A stretch of DNA of 64,000 nucleotides from an uncultured Acidobacteriota bacterium. Lineage in GTDB: Bacteria > Acidobacteriota > UBA6911 > RPQK01 > JAPXNP01. Position numbers and translations under genes: made by a program. Below are positions 42,901 to 51,153 of this stretch, in pieces. The notes under the pieces were generated by a model. The model searched no databases, was not told the DNA's origin, and saw only the letters and a list, made by a program, of their open reading frames with translations. Every line of letters begins with the position of its first letter. Position 1 is the stretch's first letter. The stretch is taken from assembly GCA_963777605.1 (NCBI GenBank), contig CAVZRV010000013.1, positions 96,001 to 160,000 of the forward strand, given 5' to 3'.

Positions 42901-43307
42901 GCGTGGTTCGCTACGGGGGCAGTATCGGGGTCGCTGGAGTCGGGGAAAGTCCAATTTTGACGGACGGTTTCATGGCTCCGGTTAAGACCAGTTCTGAACT
43001 CGAGGTTGATACCGGCTTGGCCCTGATGAATCCGGGGGACGTCCCGCTGGAAGTGTCGATGGAACTTTTCAATGGGGCCGGCTTGAAGCTGGCAACGGTG
43101 GAGTTGTCCGGCGAAAATGCGATCGCCCCGAACGGGCACAAGGCCGTTTTCGTCACCGAACTGGATTGGGCGCCGACCGTAGACTGGACCGCTTTCAACG
43201 GCTACATCCGTGCCACGACATCGGGACCCGTAGCCGCCACAATCCTCCTCGTCCGCCCCAACCAGCTCGCGACCCTCCCCGTTGCCCCGATCCCCGGAGG
43301 TTCCTAA
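39915..43307 (+). CDS. Large secreted BNR/Asp-box (sortilin/YCF48-like) beta-propeller protein with duplicated C-terminal domain
   Basis: RBS GAGGAGG; many GxxRSxDGGxTW Asp-boxes; two FAQFG...SS.ILL.NP...G(L/I)A...PNGH.A.F..E modules. Confidence 0.8.
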   Translation: MLRSYGIPPIRLESLCRILLVAAVGLAGVGGLHAADWWVPIGPPGALVTDLATATEPVPVLYASTVRIPFVTGSPVKISGSPFYRSFDGGEHWLGGRLAARDATSVAVDPTDGSIVYLGTSHAGVFRSADFGETWTEVNNGLPGGTIISVVVDPARSAIVYALIYNHGLFRSTNGGLDWVPLSAGLPNLTLQDLAIRPDLPSTLFLATSGEPLVSFDSGATWTPRGPFGVERLAFNPASPETVYAAGKELGVCRSPDLGETWSCSTDGLGAAQFSDLAADPNSPQTLFAASSAGLYRSADAGESWEAVNSGIYGRNPQALVWDPADNSSLFVGILGGVFKSADNGDHWTACNRGFQGLGVDAVGFLSPSILLAGTEAGIFRSPDLGVSWDAALTGLPIRQISVDPSRPGSVYAYGEGLWRSTDSGSSWAPIESATQIAGVSDVAVDPIHAGSIYLATHGSGVFRSLDGGETWAPSNEGLTVLWIDRLAFDPEHPGTLWAATNGGGIFHSEDQGESWTAFLPPEENLCPTTELIVADSNLYTVHCGGYLQWNWPHFNSGSPGGWDLLGLNDGAYVFRAAIDRANSSVLYAGGYRQLDFGDIGELTRPSVWKIKGAGGDPESLDLELLDAGLPGPGTALSLSQGSVMTVLPLETPVPLFGTPDGLFALREVGVERVFAQFGYGENELSSRLLLFNPDPANDVHVAGFFRDDGGEVLPVEEESGPMTAEDLVMDIPAGGFSSFQTAGSGSLRVGSAGVYSTLPVQGAILLDSPRGMAGVAAGESSAGGFVAPVERHSAGGLNSGIAVAGRAKSETRVDLTLLGVDGSELARAQLVLPPNGHLARFINEIDWDETVDLSNFQGLVKGLPTDAVSVTVIQTTSGEYATMPVIPVAGESAQPVGEGTTELLFAQFGNGREGETNVSSQILLVNPNDQSAVTAEVLLLDDQGLPIASSSVGAGRGLASQFLIPAGGMGVLQTSGEGPLTTGSVKVVADRPLGGVVRYGGSIGVAGVGESPILTDGFMAPVKTSSELEVDTGLALMNPGDVPLEVSMELFNGAGLKLATVELSGENAIAPNGHKAVFVTELDWAPTVDWTAFNGYIRATTSGPVAATILLVRPNQLATLPVAPIPGGS

Positions 43308-43394
43308 AAGCCGAATGTGGAGTGCGGACAGCGAAAGCTTCCACTCTAGAATTTGCCTGCACGTCCCTGGGTCACCGGAGTCTGGACATCCCTG

Positions 43395-43738
43395 GATCAG
43401 CGCCGGAGGCACAGCGGAATGATGGATTAGCACCGGAGGCACTGCCAAAATTGGTGGAATCAGCACCGGAGGTGCGCCCGAAAATAGCCCAGGGTTTCAA
43501 CCCTGGGTCCGGGGGCAGCAATCGAGGAGAAAGTCCCGGAGGGACGACCGAACCGTCATGTTTGCTACCCCTCCTGCGACCAACCCCTCATGGACCTGCT
43601 CCTCGTGGAACCGGGAATCGAAAGGGACGACGTAACGCGTACCTCGGCCGTCCCTCCGGGACTGGGGACGGGGTAATCGGCCGACGATGACCCAGGGTTG
43701 AAACTTGGGCTATTTTCGATACGTCACTCCGGGACTCC
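43395..43738. repeat. REP/REPIN-like inverted-repeat element
   Basis: AAAATAGCCCAGGGTTTCAACCCTGGGTC (43481-43509) and AGTCCCGGAGGGACG are mirrored by CGTCCCTCCGGGACT and GACCCAGGGTTGAAACTTGGGCTATTTT (43689-43716); preceded by three degenerate AGC(A/G)CCGGAGG units. Confidence 0.75.
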
Positions 43739-43852
43739 GGAACAACATACGCCCTCGCGGACGCCGGATCAACCATGAACTCCGGATCAAGGGATGCCAA
43801 TTGGGTTGTGATTTCGTATGCTTCCTTCGTAATTTCCTGGGAGAGAGCAACA

Positions 43853-44737
43853 ATGACGCAGTTGGACCTTTTTGATCGAGACAGGGTTATGCGGGAGGAG
43901 ATTCGGTCGGCTTTGGTGGGGCTGGATTTTCGCCGTGCCGGGGAACTTTGCCGGCAGTACGCGGAAATTCCTGGAGCCGCTTCCCTGGAATGGGAGCTGG
44001 ACGTGTTGCACTTCGTCAAGCGGCATGCCCGGAGGCGGTTGAGCCTGGAGGCCGGCGTGAGGCTCTGGGAGGACTTTGAGTCGTCCCTTTTCTTCGGCAG
44101 GATTCCCTCCGTTTATGCTCTGGATCTCGAGAAGAGCTACTTCTCCCGGCTGCTGGCCGCAAACCGGACACTGTTCGATTCGACCAACTCCCCGGAGCGG
44201 GCCCTACTGGCACCGCTTTACATGAGAGCCGGCCAGGCGAAGAACGCCCGGCGCCTGATCCAGAAGGAGATCGAAGAGAACGGTGAAAACTGGGAACTTC
44301 GTCTCCTCCTGGGCAATTGCTTTCTGAGTCTGGGAGAGCCGGTTGCGGCGCGGGTTAACTACACCTGGGCGGCATTGTGCGGACTGCCCGAGACGGCGAT
44401 CGGCGAAGTTGAGGATCCAGACTTCGTGAGGCTCCTCCGGTCAGGGGTCGCACCAGGATGGGGTTTCGCCGAAGCCGCGGCTGAAGGCGTTGTCCGAGTT
44501 CCTCGATTCAAGTCTCGGGATGACTTCGAATCTTTTGTTTCCGAATTCGTCGATCGGATCGAGGGAAACCCGGACAGTATTTCACCGCCCTGCCGGTTCG
44601 CGGTCTGGCTCACCCTCAGCGAGAATCGCCGATTCTGCACCGACGGCCAGTTGCAGGCGGCCCGTCGCCGGCTCAAGGAACTCAACCCAAGACTGCACGC
44701 CGTCCACATGAACCGGCTCAATGCCGAAGGGGGATAG
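43853..44737 (+). CDS. Hypothetical helical (TPR-like) protein
   Basis: GGAGAG before ATG; LAPLYMRAGQAKNARRL...LLLGNCFLSLGEPVAAR TPR-like segment. Confidence 0.55.
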   Translation: MTQLDLFDRDRVMREEIRSALVGLDFRRAGELCRQYAEIPGAASLEWELDVLHFVKRHARRRLSLEAGVRLWEDFESSLFFGRIPSVYALDLEKSYFSRLLAANRTLFDSTNSPERALLAPLYMRAGQAKNARRLIQKEIEENGENWELRLLLGNCFLSLGEPVAARVNYTWAALCGLPETAIGEVEDPDFVRLLRSGVAPGWGFAEAAAEGVVRVPRFKSRDDFESFVSEFVDRIEGNPDSISPPCRFAVWLTLSENRRFCTDGQLQAARRRLKELNPRLHAVHMNRLNAEGG

Positions 44738-44933
44738 GCCGTACGAATTGGCCCGAAAAGGCCGGCCGTCGCGATCGGTTGCGAGGCGCCATTTGAATTC
44801 AGGAATTGACCCCGCAGAGGTCGGATGATTGCCGCCCGGGTGCAAGCGCAGCACGACCCTGTACATAAACGGCAGGGCCCCATCTGGAGTGCGGAAGCGA
44901 AAGGTTCCGCTTTTGAACGAACGACAAAGGCCC

Positions 44934-45254
44934 ATGAGTGAACTGAAAGAAGAGATCAGGAAATCGGCGGCTAGGCGGATCCTCTTCACCGCCCACTCCG
45001 TTCGGCAGATGTCTCGGCCGGAGAGGATGATCAACTCGTCCGAGGTGAAGCGGGTCATCGCGGAGGGAGAAGTCATCGAAGACTATCCGTCCGATCCGCC
45101 CGGTCACAGTTGCCTCCTGCAGGGCAGAGGGAAGAGGGATCGAGCGGTGCATGTTGTATGCTCGCCGAAGGAAGACTATCTGGCCGTGATTACGGCTTAT
45201 CTTCCGAATCCCGAAGAGTGGGAGCCCGGGTTTCGGAATCGGAGGAAGAAATGA
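44934..45254 (+). CDS. DUF4258 family putative toxin (RelE-like fold)
   Basis: FTAHSVRQM, GEVIEDYP.DP.GHSCL, VHVVC and VITAY.P.PEEW. Confidence 0.85.
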   Translation: MSELKEEIRKSAARRILFTAHSVRQMSRPERMINSSEVKRVIAEGEVIEDYPSDPPGHSCLLQGRGKRDRAVHVVCSPKEDYLAVITAYLPNPEEWEPGFRNRRKK

Positions 45255-45463
45255 AATGCATTCATTGCGGCGGAGAAGTGCGCCGCGGACGGGCACCGTT
45301 CCAGATCGACCGGGAAGGGTACGTCCTGACACTTCAGGCGGTGCCGGCCTGGATCTGTGGTCAATGTGGAGAGGCATATTTTGAGGATCGCGAAGTCGAT
45401 TTCATCCAGGAGGTGATCCGGTCGATGGATACAAAAGCCCGGAATCTGGCGGCATCCGCTTAG
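45251..45463 (+). CDS. YgiT-type zinc finger (MqsA-like) antitoxin
   Basis: MKCIHCGG...VPAWICGQCGEAYF; ATGA overlap with the toxin. Confidence 0.85.
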   Translation: MKCIHCGGEVRRGRAPFQIDREGYVLTLQAVPAWICGQCGEAYFEDREVDFIQEVIRSMDTKARNLAASA

Positions 45464-45494
45464 CAGCCTTTGCGGTTGAGACCTGAAACCCGTT

Positions 45495-45835
45495 ATGCAA
45501 CTAGATACACTCGACAAGAAACTCAACGACATCTACGCCGGCCGAGTGGTCCGCAAGGACCTCCTCCACCGGGTTAAAAAGGGCACTAACATTCCGTCTT
45601 TCGTACTGGAGTTCCTGCTGGCCCGATATTGCGCGAGCGACGATCCGGACGAGATCCAGGCAGGGATCGATGCCGTCTTCGAGACGCTGCAGAAGCACTA
45701 CGTCCGTCCGGACGAGTCGAACAAGGCCCAGTCCCACGTCCAGCAGAAGGGGAAGCACAAGTACATCGACAAGCTCCAGGTCCGCTGCGTGGAGCGGGAG
45801 AAACGCCACTGGGCCGAGATGGAGAACTTCGACTC
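45495..45835 (+). pseudogene. brxL: N-terminal fragment of BREX Lon-like protein BrxL
   Basis: LDKKLNDIYAGRVVRKDL...GTNIPSFVLEFLLARYCASDD...YVRPDE...IDK; similarity ends after ~112 aa and no ATPase or protease domain follows. Confidence 0.75.
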
Positions 45836-45990
45836 CGCAGTTGGAGGGCGACAAATCACCTTACGCCGAAGGTCATCGTCAGGCTTTCCGCACCAAAGGC
45901 CCTTCAAAGCGCGCGAAGGAACTGATTCGTCGGGTCAAAGCAGCAAAAGCGAAGAAATACTGAGCCGGCGACCGCACTCGGCAGCTGGTA

Positions 45991-46440
45991 CTAGGACTTG
46001 GCCGGCTTGAAATTCTCCGGGATTGTGCCGAGCAACCCGAGAAGGTTTTCAAGTGTTCTTGCCATCCATTCGTTCAGTTCGGGCCAGGTTTCAAGCCTGA
46101 AGATCTGGGATGGTCGTCTCAGGCTGAGGAGGCTTCCTTTGCTGTCTTTGGGGAGCCAGACGACTTCACCGAGCGGAGAGAGTTGCTCTTTGAGCTGACT
46201 GCGAAGCCGATCGTCGATCCGGTCGAACCAGGATTCAGCGCCTGGCCCTGTCAGGCGCACCCAGATTCCGGAGGTGCCGCTGAGCACGTTCCAGAGCACC
46301 AGCCGAATCGGACCCGGACCGGGGATCTCCTTTCCAATGCTTCGATTAGAGGGTTTGCCGAGCTTGATAGAAGGGTCCCGGTTGGCCATGTACTCGTGGA
46401 ACTGCGTCCAGAACCGCTCATGGAGGGCCGCGGCGTTGAC
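45991..46440 (-). CDS. DUF4268-like domain protein, probably truncated
   Basis: RFWTQFHEYM...KPS...W...ETWPELNEWM pattern; no clear start. Confidence 0.5.
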   Translation of the reverse strand, partial: VNAAALHERFWTQFHEYMANRDPSIKLGKPSNRSIGKEIPGPGPIRLVLWNVLSGTSGIWVRLTGPGAESWFDRIDDRLRSQLKEQLSPLGEVVWLPKDSKGSLLSLRRPSQIFRLETWPELNEWMARTLENLLGLLGTIPENFKPAKS

Positions 46441-47081
46441 CCGCGGTCGGGCCGAGTCATCTCCCCAGAACGACGAATGAGTGAGGCGGCATGTGGATTC
46501 GTGGGATGTAGACTCGATTGCCACCCTGGCGCGTCCATGGCATGCGCGCGGCGATAGCAGGAAGATCGTAGACCATGCCGGTGTCACGGTTGACCACTTG
46601 GTATTCGGGGTTCAATTGCAGTCAGAGTTTCAACCTGGTCTCAGCCATGTGTTACTTCCCGGCGGCCGCCTTCCCGTTGAAGCGAGTCATCATCCATTGA
46701 AGGGTCGATGCGACTGTCCCCTGAATGTTAAGGCGTGACATCCAATTCTGGTCGATGATGCCAAAACGCGCAATGGACTCCGCATTGATCCACAAGAGTC
46801 AGAGCACCGTCGCGAAGACCGAGTTGGGACCTGCCGGTTACCCGGTTCGACTACACTCCGGGTATCCGGCAGGTGATCGAGTCGAAGATTCTCCATTATT
46901 CGGCATCAGCAGGATCTTCTCCTGTCTCTTTTCTTGGCTCGGGAACATGCAACTCGATCCCAAAGTGGACGGTGGACCAGACCGGGCCGCAGGCCATGCC
47001 TCCGGTTGTCAGTGAGAGGCAGAAACGCAGGGATTACGGGCCGTTCCAGCTCAGACCAGAGGAGTGCGGGGAGAAGGCATG

Positions 47082-47114
47082 AACCTGGGTTAATGCGGTC
47101 CAAACCCAGTTTGA
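47082..47114. promoter_or_regulatory. Orphan copy of the AACCTGGGTT tandem motif
   Basis: AACCTGGGTTAA (47082) and AACCCAGTTTGA (47103) resemble the pair at 51040/51060. Confidence 0.35.
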
Positions 47115-47174
47115 GGATGTGAAAGAAGCGGCGCCGGCTCAAGGGACTCAACCCGAGACTGCACGCCGTCCACC

Positions 47175-47520
47175 CTAACTTGGCGTCTTTGCCACGGATT
47201 TTAACTCCCGATCCACGAATCCGGCGAACCTTGTCGCCGCGATGAGGACCGCGGCGATGTCGGCTGAGGCGAGGCGGAAGGTGGAGGGGTGGGCGAAGGA
47301 GTTGCCGCAGGTTTGGAGGAGCTTCAGGTGGGAGAACATCCAGGGGCGGGAATCGATCTGGAGATCGTAGGCGAAAACCCGTACATGCTTCAGCCCGGGT
47401 GCAGTATCCACCCAGCGGCGGATCAGGTTGAGAGTTTCGTCGGCGGCATCTTCCGGCGGGATGCCCTGGTCTCCGGTGCCCAAAAGGGGCAGGGAGACGG
47501 ACTCGACTCCGGGAGGGCAG
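47175..47520 (-). pseudogene. 3' fragment of a Macro-domain-like protein with HEPN-like tail
   Basis: VESVSLPLLGTGDQGIP resembles the Macro SIAxPxIGTG loop; downstream GNSFAH resembles the HEPN RxxxxH site; no 5' end. Confidence 0.45.
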
Positions 47521-47529
47521 TGTCGAAGC

Positions 47530-47872
47530 AGAGATTCAGATCATGGTGGGGATTCGGGGCCGGGCGCTCGAGCATGCCGACCAGGGGCGCTGGGAAGATG
47601 CCGCGGTCCTGCTCGGCCAGTGCGTCGAGGTGATCCGGGGCTTCGGAATTGACGATCCCAGGATCCAGTCGGAGATCGAAGAACTCGAGGAGATGGCCCG
47701 AAACCTGCGTTTCCGGGGAGAGGAGTACTACTCGCCGGTGGTCCGCAAGCGTGCCTTTTATGCCTCGGAGCTGGCCTCGAAGGGACGCTTCGACCAGGTG
47801 GCTTCGATGAGGATCCGGCGTTCCGAGGACTACCTGGATCCGGATAGAATCCGAAGAAACCGGCGAAGATGA
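47530..47872 (+). pseudogene. C-terminal helical fragment resembling VWA-protein tails
   Basis: ALEHADQGRWEDAAVLL...EIEELEEM...RKRAFYAS; no convincing start. Confidence 0.35.
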
Positions 47873-48041
47873 TTCAGTTCAGAGACTGAAGGGCGAGTGA
47901 TACTTTGCCGACAAAGAGGGAGGAGTCGAGTGGATACCGTCCGCCTGGAGGCAAAAGGACTGTTCGGCAGAAGTACGGACGATTCCGGAGATCGAAGGGG
48001 GAGTCCTTGGCAGAACGAAGACAGATTGGAAGGAGAACTGA

Positions 48042-49115
48042 ATGAGTGATCCGGGGCTGGAGATACTGCAATTCGTATACGACTCGGCGAAGATCGACTC
48101 GGAGTGGTCGGTTTGGGAAGATCGAAGCTTTACCTGGTGGGGCGGGGGGCTCGCCCAAAAAGTCTGGGCTGAAGAGGCCCATGACGACGATGGAATCGTC
48201 ATTTACCGGCTGCATGCTCGAACGGACTGCGTCCGGAGTTTCGATGAAGGCGTTTGCAATGAAATAATGCCTGAGTTGCTGCCATTGATCTCTCCACTTT
48301 GTGGTCCGATTCTTGACCCGGCGGATTTAACCAGGATCAAACTGGCTTCAAGCATGATCGTGCACGAGGAAAGCTCTGAGTGGATCAAATCCGTCTTCTC
48401 CTGGGCGGTGGCCGTCCAGGCGGCGGAGGCGCACGCGCTGTGCCCGACGATGGCCGATCTGTTATCCGGAGAACCGGATTATTCCAGCCACCCGAAGTCC
48501 GGTTCTCGAGGCGAGTTGGATGACATGCTCAATATTGTTTCGGAGACCGTGCGTCCGCAGGGTGAATCCCCATGTACCTTTGTTGGGCCTGAAATGGAAC
48601 GCGTCGGGGCGATGCTGCAGCGGCCTCCCTGCGTGTTGGCAACCAAGGATGAGGACGGAATCACGGCAGAGTACCCGTTTGGGGATGCCACCAGTCTCGT
48701 GGAAGTGGTGCCCGACACTCACCCGCGCCTGGGGAACGGCTTACGGATCTGTGTCCAGTTGCCGTTCCTCGTATCCGACGAAGACGATCCCGACGGTGAG
48801 ACCCTCTCTTTCCTGCGACTGAATCGCCAGGATTTTGATCTCCCGCTCGGGGGATACTTCCTGGGCACCTGGGGGAGCATGCCCAACGGCTATCTCTCCC
48901 ACAACTCCTTCTTCCCGAACGTCTTATATCGACCCGGGATCCTCACGAACCTGGTTCTGGGAACGTTCGTTCGGGTCAAGTGGATTACGGAGAACATTTT
49001 CGAGCTCCCCTTGATGGAGAATTACGATGCGGCCTCGCAGCGGAGGATGGAGAAGCTCGAAGAACTCGCGGGGGATCCCGACGCCTTGATGCGATTGCTT
49101 GGCGGGGAGGAGTGA
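48042..49115 (+). CDS. Conserved hypothetical protein, possibly tandem YbjN/T3SS-chaperone-like domains
   Basis: RBS AAGGAG; FTWWGGGLAQKVW, SSHPKSG.R...DDML, GITAEYPF, HPRLGNGL and FLG.W. Confidence 0.6.
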   Translation: MSDPGLEILQFVYDSAKIDSEWSVWEDRSFTWWGGGLAQKVWAEEAHDDDGIVIYRLHARTDCVRSFDEGVCNEIMPELLPLISPLCGPILDPADLTRIKLASSMIVHEESSEWIKSVFSWAVAVQAAEAHALCPTMADLLSGEPDYSSHPKSGSRGELDDMLNIVSETVRPQGESPCTFVGPEMERVGAMLQRPPCVLATKDEDGITAEYPFGDATSLVEVVPDTHPRLGNGLRICVQLPFLVSDEDDPDGETLSFLRLNRQDFDLPLGGYFLGTWGSMPNGYLSHNSFFPNVLYRPGILTNLVLGTFVRVKWITENIFELPLMENYDAASQRRMEKLEELAGDPDALMRLLGGEE

Positions 49116-49158
49116 GGACAAGGGCGCGCCGACTGGGAATCGGCGTTGACGGAGGGGA

Positions 49159-50168
49159 ATGAGCAAACGGCAATTGGAACCGATCGAACGACTCTCCTAC
49201 GAAGCCACAAGGCTGTTTCGAGAGCACCCACCGGTGATTCGCGACCGCAACAAGCAGGTCGTTTTCGAAATTGCCTGCCCGGAAGGATCGCGGCACCGTG
49301 GAGAGATTGTCTACTCCCGTTGGATATCGATGCCGGTTCCGGCCCAAATGGATCCAGTGCGGGCCGTTTCACGAGTTGAGGCCAGCAAGTCAATTTACGA
49401 TTACGGACCGGTTGCTCCTGGCGCGGTGGAGTGGCATGTAAACTTTGCCGATTCGGAGCTGTTCGGCTTTTACGCGACAGGACTTTTTGCCCAGGACGAA
49501 CTGCAGGTGGCCGAGCATCCGATCCTGGGCTCCCTTAAGGAGGCTCTCCGGGCGTCGAATCGACCAAGACCTCACAGTCGAGGTGGGACGCCCGACCCCG
49601 ATTCTCATCTCGGGTGCGGAGCGGCGCTGCCGGGTGGCGATCGACCCGAATCCTGACGAGGGGCGCCCGTTTGGACTCTATGGCAACCGGTTCGCGCAGG
49701 CCCCCGAGGACGCCGTTCGCGGGGCGACTGCCCGGATCGATCCGCCGACGGTCAGCAACCTGGTCTGCATTGCCGCCCCGGCCTGTGGCTTGGGGAACTA
49801 CTCGCGCGAGCAGATTCAGTTCATTATGGAGACGGCCTACACGGGTTTTCGGGCGGCCGTTCTGGAATCGGGGCGAGCTCACGGAGACGAACGACCGGTG
49901 GTTGTCCACAGCGGGCTTCTGGGGTTGCGGCGCCTTCGGGGGGAACCGGGTGCTGATGGCTACTCCTCCAGGTTCTTGCCGCCGAAGCTGCTGGACTGTG
50001 AGCCGACTTGTCTTTCACACGGTCGATGCTGCGGGGTCCGCGAAACTGGCGGAGGCCTTGGAACTGATTCAGTCGCGGCCGGCGACCGAACGCGTCGAAA
50101 ATACCGAGGCTCTGGTTGACTGGATTCTCGGTCACGGCTTCCGGTGGGGAATCAGCGACGGCAATTGA
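49159..50168 (+). CDS. Poly(ADP-ribose) glycohydrolase, eukaryotic-type PARG catalytic domain; about 4 frameshifts
   Basis: WHVNFAD..LFG....LFAQDELQ (QEE-loop equivalent), TAYTGF, GFWGCGAFGGN and LLQVLAA, spread across three frames. Confidence 0.75.
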
Positions 50169-50236
50169 GTAGCCGCACAAAGCCACGCCGGGAATGCTGA
50201 AGGGGGCCCGAACATTACCAGGTCTCAGCGAGTCGT

Positions 50237-51004
50237 TCAGCCAACTGTCGAATGCAGGCGGGAACCATTCCGATGATTGAGTTGGCCGGCCGGGATTTTG
50301 TCTGCTCCCCATCGGGCCCCTCCGATGGAGCCCACCAGTACCGGGCAGTAATTGGCCGGCCCGGCAAACTCCAGGGAGCTTTCCAGTGCCTTCTCGAAGC
50401 TTTCGGCCCGATCGAGGAAATGAACGGCGGCGGCGAAGACCTGCGGAGCAAAGCCACCCCTTGAGAGTTCATTCCTCGGGAATCCGAGACGCCCGCCGGG
50501 CAAGGCCACAGGAGGGATCCTTCCCAACGCAACTCCCCAGTCGAATCCCCGGATCAGTCGTCGACACAGTTCGGCAACTGCGGCCGAGACCTCTCCGGCA
50601 ATCGGCGAGTAATGCGTCAGTCGCGCTTCCTCCCGGGCAAAATCGGCAACCTCGGTATCTGTGAGGAATCCGGCTGCAGCCAGGACGGAGGCCCGGTGGG
50701 CGGGGTTGCACCCTCCGGTCAGGCCGCCCAGATCGTCGTCCGTTCGTCGTGCTGCCTCGACACGATCGATACCCTGTTCGAGATAATGGAAGACCCGGGT
50801 GAACACCTCCCCGGTGTCGAAGGCATCGGTATGCCACCAGTCGAGGTACCGGTTGAACAGGTCGTCCGGATCAAAAGCGCTTCGGCTCAGGAGAGTCTTG
50901 GCGACGAACGACGCCATTCGGATCGGCCCGCCGTTTCGGTCTCCGGCAGCAAGTCCAAGAAGCAAGCCCTGGGCGCGGTTTCGGTATTCATCGCGAAGAT
51001 TCAT
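50237..51004 (-). CDS. ADP-ribosylglycohydrolase (ARH/DraG) family, degenerate variant
   Basis: RAQGLLLGLAAGD, FDPDDLFNRYLDW, N.A.R, ARLTHYSP and VGSIGGARWG...IP. Confidence 0.8.
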   Translation of the reverse strand: MNLRDEYRNRAQGLLLGLAAGDRNGGPIRMASFVAKTLLSRSAFDPDDLFNRYLDWWHTDAFDTGEVFTRVFHYLEQGIDRVEAARRTDDDLGGLTGGCNPAHRASVLAAAGFLTDTEVADFAREEARLTHYSPIAGEVSAAVAELCRRLIRGFDWGVALGRIPPVALPGGRLGFPRNELSRGGFAPQVFAAAVHFLDRAESFEKALESSLEFAGPANYCPVLVGSIGGARWGADKIPAGQLNHRNGSRLHSTVG

Positions 51005-51039
51005 CGGAAAAGGATAACCTGGAAGGTCGCGCTACGGTG

Positions 51040-51071
51040 AACCTGGGTTGAAGATGCTTAACCTGGGTTGA
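51040..51071. promoter_or_regulatory. Tandem putative enhancer (UAS) sites for the sigma54 activator
   Basis: AACCTGGGTTGA repeated exactly at 51040 and 51060 (20-bp period, near-palindromic), ~110-140 bp upstream of the predicted start. Confidence 0.55.
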
Positions 51072-51153
51072 TGACTTCGTATATGTTTTTGGAGATGATC
51101 GACTCGATAGGTAATCTATTAAATGCAATGACTTAGCCGAACATCGCATCGAG

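Noticed and set aside
43395-43475. Three spaced repeats as a mini-CRISPR
   Set aside because: Units are ~11-20 bp and degenerate, with short spacers; they belong to the adjacent REP-like element and no cas genes are present.
46477-46648. In-frame TGA in a small minus-strand ORF (MAETRLKL*LQLNPEY...) as recoding
   Set aside because: No Cys/redox context, no clear SECIS-like hairpin, and it lies in a decayed region; a nonsense mutation is more likely.
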